IMG/VR virus record: IMGVR_UViG_3300037473_000309
Strand: one strand, 5' to 3'
DNA from: a virus
Length of the DNA stretch: 55,948 bases
The position numbers were made by a program, and so were the translations under genes. The notes under the pieces are model-generated. The model did not search any database. It was not told the origin of the DNA and worked only from the letters and a program-made list of their open reading frames with translations. This document shows, piece after piece, positions 35,463-42,297 of this stretch; within the stretch, counting starts at the first letter, position 1; the number at the start of each line of letters is the position of its first letter.

Positions 35463-35929
35463 GATATGAAGAATTTATAAAGCTTTTAAAAGATAATAAA
35501 ATAGATGAAGTTAAAAAATATCTTAATTCTTTAAAAGAAAAAGATATAAATAATTTTGATTTTATTTCAGGTCATACTTTATTACATGATGTCATTTATT
35601 ACAATGGGGATAAAAGTTTATGTGAATTACTGTTAGATAAAATGGATATTAGTTTTTCTACTAGAAAAATAGGTGCTGTATTTGGTGGTGATTTTGTAGT
35701 ATCTGATATGGATAAAACAGCATTACATTTAGCAGCTGAAAGGGGATATTTTGATATTTGTGAATTACTTTTAAATAAAATACCTTTCCCACAAAGTTTA
35801 ACGCTTTTTCTGGAAGATTGGCATAATTGTACTCCTTTTGAGTTAGCTAAATTTCATAAACATGACAAAATTTGTGAATTAATTACAAATTATATAAATA
35901 CACATAATAAAACGTCCACCTTAAATTGA
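35459..35929 (+). CDS. Ankyrin-repeat protein
   Basis: ANK units GHTLLHDVIYYNGDKSLCELLLDKM, KTALHLAAERGYFDICELLLNKI and CTPFELAKFHKHDKICELI. It has an ATGA overlap with the upstream gene. Confidence 0.8.
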   Translation: MRYEEFIKLLKDNKIDEVKKYLNSLKEKDINNFDFISGHTLLHDVIYYNGDKSLCELLLDKMDISFSTRKIGAVFGGDFVVSDMDKTALHLAAERGYFDICELLLNKIPFPQSLTLFLEDWHNCTPFELAKFHKHDKICELITNYINTHNKTSTLN

Positions 35930-35952
35930 TACATAATTTTACATAATAATTA

Positions 35953-35981
35953 TTGACATACTATAAGTTGAATATTATGAT
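35953..35981 (+). promoter_or_regulatory. Sigma70-like promoter (TTGACA-17-TATGAT), preceded by the shared 16-mer tttacataataattat
   Basis: Direct reading. The 16-mer at 35938-35953 is identical to 18161-18176. Additional ACATAAT half-sites are at 35931 and 35988. Confidence 0.5.
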
Positions 35982-36011
35982 GATGTCACATAATTAATAT
36001 GGAGTAAAATT

Positions 36012-36485
36012 ATGACTAATGCAAATCAATATAATCGTCTAAGACTTATCATGCTTTATTCGTCTTTAGATATGTTTCTAGTAGAAAATCCCGATATTCT
36101 CATAACATTAGATAATCCTGATAATTTATATTCTTATAGTGATAAATTGAAGTTATTTGATGCTATCAATATGTTAGAAAATAAATATACCAGTTTTTCA
36201 ATGATAGATCTTAAGATAAGATGTGTTCATTATGTAGTAAATCAATATGAAATATTAGAAGAATTTATTAATTATGCGGAGAAAGAGATTATAAAAATAA
36301 AATCAGATAATCCTGATAACCCAGCATGGGAGCAATATCATAATGCTAAGTATACAGCTACAACTATAAAAACAATATTACATGATATGACTAATGAGTT
36401 ACTATTAGTTGAAGATTTACAATGGATGCCTGGATATTTATTAAACATATTAGCTGAAAAGAAATTATATAAGGTAGAAAATTAA
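36012..36485 (+). CDS. Hypothetical protein (first gene of the HTH-containing operon)
   Basis: 157-aa ORF with a GGAG Shine-Dalgarno. Confidence 0.5.
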   Translation: MTNANQYNRLRLIMLYSSLDMFLVENPDILITLDNPDNLYSYSDKLKLFDAINMLENKYTSFSMIDLKIRCVHYVVNQYEILEEFINYAEKEIIKIKSDNPDNPAWEQYHNAKYTATTIKTILHDMTNELLLVEDLQWMPGYLLNILAEKKLYKVEN

Positions 36486-36487
36486 AA

Positions 36488-36748
36488 ATGAGAGAAAAAA
36501 AGATAGAAATTAATGAGATAGATAAATTAGTAGCACGTAGATTAAGGCATAAAAGAAGAGAATTAGGTATTTCATTATCACAATTAGGAAAACATATAAA
36601 TGTAACAGTTCAACAGATTCAAAAATACGAATCTGGGATTAACAGGATATCAAGTGGTAAATTATATTACATTGCAAAATATTTAGATGTACCTGTTAGT
36701 TATTTCTTTGAGGATGATTGGCTATTTTTAATAGCAAATGCAGCATAA
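36488..36748 (+). CDS. XRE-family helix-turn-helix protein
   Basis: LVARRLRHKRRELGISLSQLGKHINVTVQQIQKYESGINRISSGKLYYIAKYLDVPVSYFFED. Confidence 0.75.
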   Translation: MREKKIEINEIDKLVARRLRHKRRELGISLSQLGKHINVTVQQIQKYESGINRISSGKLYYIAKYLDVPVSYFFEDDWLFLIANAA

Positions 36749-36974
36749 AATGTTAAATAATAGTTTTATATATCTATTTGTAACTTTTATAATTGTTGGT
36801 CTTATAATTTTGAATTATTTTAGCATTAAAAATTATTTAAAAAGCAGAAATAAACCTGAATGTTCTTATATATTTTCAAATAAAGAATTAGACAGATTAC
36901 AATTAGAAACATGTTTAATTATTACAATTATTGTATTTTCAATCTCATTATATTTAATATATGACACCATCTGA
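36738..36974 (+). CDS. Small membrane protein (2 TM)
   Basis: 78 aa. Hydrophobic stretches are FIYLFVTFIIVGLIILNYF and CLIITIIVFSISLYLIY. It overlaps both neighbours. Confidence 0.4.
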   Translation: MQHKMLNNSFIYLFVTFIIVGLIILNYFSIKNYLKSRNKPECSYIFSNKELDRLQLETCLIITIIVFSISLYLIYDTI

Positions 36975-37245
36975 AATAAGTAATTTAATATCACGTAAAA
37001 TAATTCATCGTAGAAACGAACTTGGAATGACTAGAAGAGCAGTTATAAAAGCTGCTTCATTACATGATAATGCGTTATATACATATGAAAATAATCCTCA
37101 ATGTAGGATTACTGCTGTTAATTTATATCGTATAAGTAAAGTGTTTAATGTTTCTATGGATTATTTCTTTGAAGATATAGAAGAATTAAAAACTATAGAA
37201 GAATTAAAAGTAGATTATGAGAAAGAGGAAATTTCTTATGAATAA
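36961..37245 (+). CDS. XRE-family helix-turn-helix protein (paralog-like of 36488..36748)
   Basis: ISRKIIHRRNELGMTRRAVIKAASLHDNALYTYENNPQCRITAVNLYRISKVFNVSMDYFFED. It shares the C-terminal YFFED motif. Confidence 0.65.
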   Translation: MTPSEISNLISRKIIHRRNELGMTRRAVIKAASLHDNALYTYENNPQCRITAVNLYRISKVFNVSMDYFFEDIEELKTIEELKVDYEKEEISYE

Positions 37246-37489
37246 TAAATATGAAGAAGATTCATATCAATGGATAAAGGTAAGATTTAATAAAAATGGA
37301 AAATTAGAATTTGGTCTTACCAATGCATGGTGTAGTGTTGAAGATCTAGGAATAGATGGTTTAATTAAAGAATGTCACTCTCATTTAAAAGCACAAGAAG
37401 AATTTTTTAAAAATAAGAAAATAAAATATTATGATGTTATGGGTAAGCCACTGGATGAAATTATAAAATTAGGGGGTGAATGTGAGTGA
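37238..37489 (+). CDS. Hypothetical protein
   Basis: The track start is 37217. ATG 37238 (MNNKYEED...) has an AAAGAGGA Shine-Dalgarno and overlaps the upstream stop (ATGAATAA). Confidence 0.4.
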   Translation: MNNKYEEDSYQWIKVRFNKNGKLEFGLTNAWCSVEDLGIDGLIKECHSHLKAQEEFFKNKKIKYYDVMGKPLDEIIKLGGECE

Positions 37490-37519
37490 AGAATTAGACG
37501 TTCCCCATGAATATTTAAA

Positions 37520-37669
37520 ATGGCCTATATGTTAGATATAATATCCAAACTACTCTTAATTATAATACTAATCTTAATTACATATAATATTTATGATTTA
37601 CATCTTAAGTTAAATGATGTAAAAGATTGGATTAGTATTTTTACCCACGTAATATTTCCATCAAATTAA
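37520..37669 (+). CDS. Small single-TM protein (not in the ORF track)
   Basis: 49-aa ORF MAYMLDIISKLLLIIILILITYNIYDLHLKLNDVKDWISIFTHVIFPSN. Confidence 0.25.
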   Translation: MAYMLDIISKLLLIIILILITYNIYDLHLKLNDVKDWISIFTHVIFPSN

Positions 37670-37711
37670 AGTTAGAAATTTAGAAGATAATAACATTAAA
37701 TTAGGATTAAA

Positions 37712-38461
37712 ATGTCAACCAAAGATTTAAAATATATACTGATAAAAAATTCAAAAGATTTCTTAATATACTTAATAAGACAAAGTTGTGAAGATAGAGA
37801 AGAGGAAGAACTTATATTAAAAGAGTATCTTCCTAAATTTGAAAGTCAAATAAGCAAGATAAAAAATACTAATTATAATAAGGTAATTAGTTCTAATACT
37901 TTTCAATATAAAAAGTCTAAATTATATTTTATAGAAAGTAAAAAAGGTCTAGAATGTATTGATGAGTACAATAAGAATATTAAAAATACTGAATCAAAAG
38001 AAGTACAAATAAAAAGGATTACAAAATATTTATCTACCCTCATAATAGATCTAGGTTTTATGTTATATCCTAGGGGATATAATTTAATACGTTCTAAATT
38101 TAATGATATTATTAAAGGTTTAGAATTAGAAATAAATGAGATAGATTTTATATTTTATTATCACGATATAGCTGCAAAGTATGGGGAGAAAATAGATTAT
38201 GGTTTAAATATAATTTATTCATATAAAGATTTATTAGAAAAAATAAAAGGCTTTTCATTTGATGATTGGAATAAAAGAAGAGCACAAGCTGATGTTATGA
38301 TTACTGTTAACTATTTTACTGAAAAATATGCTAAGTTAAATACTGATCAAGTACGTACACTTGAATTTTTTGAAGAATATTTCAAATTAACAGTTGGATT
38401 CTTAGAAAAGGGAGCTGAAGAACTATTTAAATTAATAGAAGATAACAATCTTCTAAATTAA
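37712..38461 (+). CDS. Hypothetical protein
   Basis: 249-aa ORF. No recognisable motif. Confidence 0.5.
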   Translation: MSTKDLKYILIKNSKDFLIYLIRQSCEDREEEELILKEYLPKFESQISKIKNTNYNKVISSNTFQYKKSKLYFIESKKGLECIDEYNKNIKNTESKEVQIKRITKYLSTLIIDLGFMLYPRGYNLIRSKFNDIIKGLELEINEIDFIFYYHDIAAKYGEKIDYGLNIIYSYKDLLEKIKGFSFDDWNKRRAQADVMITVNYFTEKYAKLNTDQVRTLEFFEEYFKLTVGFLEKGAEELFKLIEDNNLLN

Positions 38462-38495
38462 ATTCAATTAAATTCAATTAAATTCAATTAAAATT
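38456..38495. repeat. 10-bp tandem repeat (aattcaatta x3 exact, plus partial copies on both sides)
   Basis: Positions 38461-38490 are three exact copies. The repeat fills the intergenic space up to ATG 38496. Confidence 0.8.
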
Positions 38496-38999
38496 ATGAT
38501 TCCAATAAAAGAAGCAATTAATATACTTGAACAATATAAAATAAATTGGCTTAGGGGTTTTGTACTACCAGATCAGCAATTTGGTGTTGAAACCCAATTA
38601 CAAGCTCATTTTCATAATGATCATAAAATAATGGGTAAGAGCTTATTATCGCATGAAAAAATTAAATATTTTAAAAAAACAGAAAATGGCTTAGAAACCT
38701 TCTTTGGAGAAGGTTTACAATTATATGGTAAAAATTTAGAATTTTCTGAAGAAGGTTATCGCTATAATGAATTAAAATATGAAAAAATATATAGAACTGT
38801 TTATGATATTGAAGAATTAAATGTTTTAGATTTATTTGAAAATTATGATTATCAAGAAATGTATAATCCCTCAACTAATTATACTGTTATGGGGTATAGA
38901 GAAAATAATATCATCTTATATGTTGATATTTCAGTAGATAATAAGGAGTTTAAAGATTTTTTAAATAGTTTGTTTACAAAAGAGGAAAATAATAAATAA
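38496..38999 (+). CDS. Hypothetical protein
   Basis: 167-aa ORF. Confidence 0.5.
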   Translation: MIPIKEAINILEQYKINWLRGFVLPDQQFGVETQLQAHFHNDHKIMGKSLLSHEKIKYFKKTENGLETFFGEGLQLYGKNLEFSEEGYRYNELKYEKIYRTVYDIEELNVLDLFENYDYQEMYNPSTNYTVMGYRENNIILYVDISVDNKEFKDFLNSLFTKEENNK

Positions 39000-39005
39000 A
39001 GAATC

Positions 39006-39206
39006 ATGATTTATATAATTATAACCGTACAAATATTATTTGTAATCAATATTTGGTTAACAAATAAACAGTTTGATGATTTACAAAATCAAATTAATAA
39101 ATTAAAAGAATATACAATTAATACTAATGCTTTAAATCATAGGGATTATCTACAATTAAACGAAAGAATAAACAAACTTGAAGATAATAAGAAAGATGAG
39201 AAATAG
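39006..39206 (+). CDS. Small N-terminal-TM plus coiled-coil protein
   Basis: 66 aa: MIYIIITVQILFVINIWL followed by a charged helix. Confidence 0.4.
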   Translation: MIYIIITVQILFVINIWLTNKQFDDLQNQINKLKEYTINTNALNHRDYLQLNERINKLEDNKKDEK

Positions 39207-39402
39207 TTTAATATTCATACTTTTAATTATTATAGGTCAAATAATTACAAATGTTTCGTTTGATAAAAGATTGGTGGTTTTAGAAAAATCAATAAATGAT
39301 ATATCTTTAATTGAAAATGTAGAAGATAAAAATAAACTTAAAATTATAATCGATAATTTAGATAAATTAATAAAGAAATTACAAAATGAAAGTAACAATT
39401 AA
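39196..39402 (+). CDS. Small N-terminal-TM plus coiled-coil protein (same architecture as the upstream gene)
   Basis: The track start is TTG 39178; the first ATG is 39196 (MRNSLIFILLIIIGQIITNV...). Confidence 0.4.
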   Translation: MRNSLIFILLIIIGQIITNVSFDKRLVVLEKSINDISLIENVEDKNKLKIIIDNLDKLIKKLQNESNN

Positions 39403-39811
39403 ACAGAGATTAGTTTCTCATAGGGAAACCTTACAAAATATATTATATAGCAATGATAATATTAAATTAGATAAAAGTATTATTCTTGATATGTTTGATA
39501 ATCTGGATAAGATATTAGACGATAAGAAATGGGATAGAATTAAAGAACTTGAGAATGTTGATGATTTAATCGTAGCAGTTGAAAGAAGTTCTTTGTCTAA
39601 TACTCAGAGATTAATTTTATTAATACTTTTAGATTCTAATCAGCCATTAAGTTTATTAGAATTATCTAAAGAATCAGGTAAATCTCGATACCATGTATGG
39701 GGAATAATTAGACATTTAAATAAACATAATTTAGTTAAAAAATATAAAAGAAATATTACGGTATATACTTTTAATCTTGAGGGGTGTAAGAAATTTTTAG
39801 ATCTTCCGTGA
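39386..39811 (+). CDS. Winged-helix (MarR-like) DNA-binding protein
   Basis: C-terminal LILLILLDSNQPLSLLELSKESGKSRYHVWGIIRHLNKHNLVKKYKRNITVYTFN. Confidence 0.5.
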   Translation: MKVTIKQRLVSHRETLQNILYSNDNIKLDKSIILDMFDNLDKILDDKKWDRIKELENVDDLIVAVERSSLSNTQRLILLILLDSNQPLSLLELSKESGKSRYHVWGIIRHLNKHNLVKKYKRNITVYTFNLEGCKKFLDLP

Positions 39812-39858
39812 ACGTGAAAAATAAGGTATAATATATAAGTAATTTTTAAAGGTCTAAA

Positions 39859-41052
39859 ATGACAACTAAATTTTTAAGAGGGATGTGCTATTCAGCATTT
39901 CCTTCAGGTTATAATCCATCTACAGCTAATAATACATGTATATTCTTTGGTAGTGATATTGCTACAAAGAATTTAAAACCATTATGGGGTAAGTCATTTA
40001 CACCTACTGATGGTCCTGATAAAGATAAAATCTTTTTAGGTAGAGATGATATATTAACTATGGCAAATATGGGTGTAAATCTTATAAGGTTATATGATTG
40101 GGATCCAAGGAATGATCATAAAAACTTCTTAGATTATTGTCATTCTAAGAATATTAAAGTTTTAGTACCTGTATCAAATTATAATTTAGGAGCATTTGGT
40201 ACTCCTCCTAATATGGATGAGTCTATAAAAGGATTACTAGAATCTTTTACATTACCTATTACTGAGGCTAAATGGGATAAAAAGTATGATAAACTAAAGG
40301 AAAATACTTTAATTAGGGAATATCACCCTGCTATAGCAGGTATAATAATAGGATCAGAATTAGATTTACCATCTCAAATGCCTAAGGGATATTTAGCAAA
40401 ATATACTAAAAGATGGGTAGAAATAGAAGATGAATATTTTCCTAAAAGATGGATACCGGAAGAATATAGAACATGGCTTAAAGTTCCAATAGGTCATCCT
40501 GTAAGTTTTGCAAAACATAATGGAGATTTTCCATGTTTTGAATTTTGGGATAATCTTTTAAATGAATTAAAGGGAATAGAAACTAGTGATTTACATAAGA
40601 GATTGATGCTATGTCCTCAATCTTACAATGAAGCATCTTATTTATTTGAAAATGCTGAAGGTAAGGGTAAAGGGTGGGTAGATATAGCTTATGAGAAATA
40701 TAACTTACCTATATTATTTACAGAAATAGGATGTAGTCGTTTAGAACGGGGTGATTATAATAATGTTATAGCTGCTCAATTAGAAAGGTCTTATGATTAT
40801 CAAAAGGAAAATCCTCAAAAGCTTTTAGGTACATGTTTCTTTCAATTCTGTGATAAAGTATGGATGGAAGGTACTACTGAAGGATCATTTGGGGTTTTTA
40901 CTAATACAAAGGATGTAGATAATCTTATAAGATATGGGGCAAAGGATTTCACTCATACAGATGGTAATGACTGTACAAAACAATCATTAAAAGTACAGGT
41001 TTTATTTGCTAATCCAGTATATAATACAATCAAATTGATATATAAGTTATAA
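39859..41052 (+). CDS. Clan GH-A (TIM-barrel) glycoside hydrolase resembling GH72/GH17 beta-1,3-glucan enzymes
   Basis: RGMCYSAFP, GVNLIRLYDWDPRNDHKNFLDYCHSKNIKVLVPV, IIIGSELD (acid/base Glu) and PILFTEIGCS (nucleophile Glu) match by eye the recalled GH72 motifs KGVAYQ, NT(I/V)RVY..DP..(N/D)HD.CM, GNEV and FFSEYGCN. Confidence 0.65.
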   Translation: MTTKFLRGMCYSAFPSGYNPSTANNTCIFFGSDIATKNLKPLWGKSFTPTDGPDKDKIFLGRDDILTMANMGVNLIRLYDWDPRNDHKNFLDYCHSKNIKVLVPVSNYNLGAFGTPPNMDESIKGLLESFTLPITEAKWDKKYDKLKENTLIREYHPAIAGIIIGSELDLPSQMPKGYLAKYTKRWVEIEDEYFPKRWIPEEYRTWLKVPIGHPVSFAKHNGDFPCFEFWDNLLNELKGIETSDLHKRLMLCPQSYNEASYLFENAEGKGKGWVDIAYEKYNLPILFTEIGCSRLERGDYNNVIAAQLERSYDYQKENPQKLLGTCFFQFCDKVWMEGTTEGSFGVFTNTKDVDNLIRYGAKDFTHTDGNDCTKQSLKVQVLFANPVYNTIKLIYKL

Positions 41053-41292
41053 TATGAATAAAAAGGAACAGAAGAAAAATCAGAAAGAAATAGTTAAATT
41101 ACTTCTACCGGGCTTAAAGGTTCTATTTTTAAATGGTGAAAAGTTAGCTGAACTTAGAGAAAATGATTAATTATTTTGTAGAAACACCATTAAGTATGAA
41201 AGATGTAACCCCTGAAAATTATGTATCTAATACTGTATCTTTTCTTATAGAAGGTACAGCAATTGAATGTCATAACACTTTAAGAATGCCAG

Positions 41293-41619
41293 ATGGAAAA
41301 TAATGAAATAATTATTCATATTAAATATATCATAAGTAACCGTCACGTTGAGATTACTTATGATTTTCCTCTTAATAACATTTTAGTAGATACTATTTTA
41401 TATATAAAAAATAAATTTGAAAAAAGTTTTAAAGATGAAAAACAAATATGGGAAGATTATAAGTATATTCATAATAAAGAAATAAAATTAATATATAGGG
41501 ATTCCTTTTTGAGTTATCAAGATGATTTTTTGGAACAACTTGAATCACATTTCAATTCAATCTATGAGGATGCTAAAAAGGTTTATGAGAGAAGGAATAT
41601 AAAATGTCTAAAGAACTAA
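41293..41619 (+). CDS. Hypothetical protein
   Basis: 108-aa ORF. Its last 30 nt are repeated at 41776-41805. Confidence 0.45.
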   Translation: MENNEIIIHIKYIISNRHVEITYDFPLNNILVDTILYIKNKFEKSFKDEKQIWEDYKYIHNKEIKLIYRDSFLSYQDDFLEQLESHFNSIYEDAKKVYERRNIKCLKN

Positions 41620-41765
41620 GATATCAAACTGTAATAATTAGGGGCGGTAGAGAACCTGTAATTTTACCTTATATAGTTCATGAACCAGAGGATGAATCAG
41701 ATATTAAATCTATTAAAAAACAATTAAGTTATATTGAAAACTTATTAAAACAAATAAAATCCTAG
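41604..41765 (+). CDS. Hypothetical small protein (not in the ORF track)
   Basis: 53-aa ORF MSKELRYQTVIIRGGREPVILPYIVHEPEDESDIKSIKKQLSYIENLLKQIKS. It overlaps the upstream gene by 16 nt. Confidence 0.3.
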   Translation: MSKELRYQTVIIRGGREPVILPYIVHEPEDESDIKSIKKQLSYIENLLKQIKS

Positions 41766-41817
41766 GGTATGTAAAGATGCTAAAAAGGTTTATGAAAGAA
41801 GGAATGAAAGTTAAATT

Positions 41818-41979
41818 ATGATATCTGGTTCACATATGGGAAAATTGGTAGCTCATAGTTTCATGAAAAGTATACTTAAAAAGTTGGAAGGCAAAGATAT
41901 AATACCAGAAGACTTAAAAATATATTTAAGTATACAAAAAATCGTAAAGGAAATTGAGCAAGAATTAAAATTGAGATAA
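41818..41979 (+). CDS. Hypothetical small protein (not in the ORF track)
   Basis: 53-aa ORF MISGSHMGKLVAHSFMKSILKKLEGKDIIPEDLKIYLSIQKIVKEIEQELKLR. Confidence 0.3.
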   Translation: MISGSHMGKLVAHSFMKSILKKLEGKDIIPEDLKIYLSIQKIVKEIEQELKLR

Positions 41980-41984
41980 ATTAT

Positions 41985-42086
41985 ATGAGTCTTACTATTG
42001 CCACATTTATAATTAGTCTAGCTAATTTTATTCTTACTTTAAGGAATTTATATAATAAAGATATCAAAGAGTCTAAATATAAGTAA
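41985..42086 (+). CDS. 33-codon hydrophobic ORF ending exactly where the TerL-homologous reading frame becomes meaningful
   Basis: MSLTIATFIISLANFILTLRNLYNKDIKESKYK. Its stop TAA (42084-42086) is offset by +1 from the terL frame. Confidence 0.25.
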   Translation: MSLTIATFIISLANFILTLRNLYNKDIKESKYK

Positions 42087-42297
42087 ACTATCATTTGAAG
42101 ATATTAATTTACCCGAATTAATATATTTACAAGATAAATATAAAGCTGAATTATCCCTCTATGAATTCTTAAAGCAAGCATGGAATGCATCTGTTATAGA
42201 TGGTGATAAGGAATTCATAGAGGGATGGCATATACGCATTATATGTGAACATCTTGAAGCAGTAGCAAATCGTCAGATAAAAAATCTCATCATTAAC

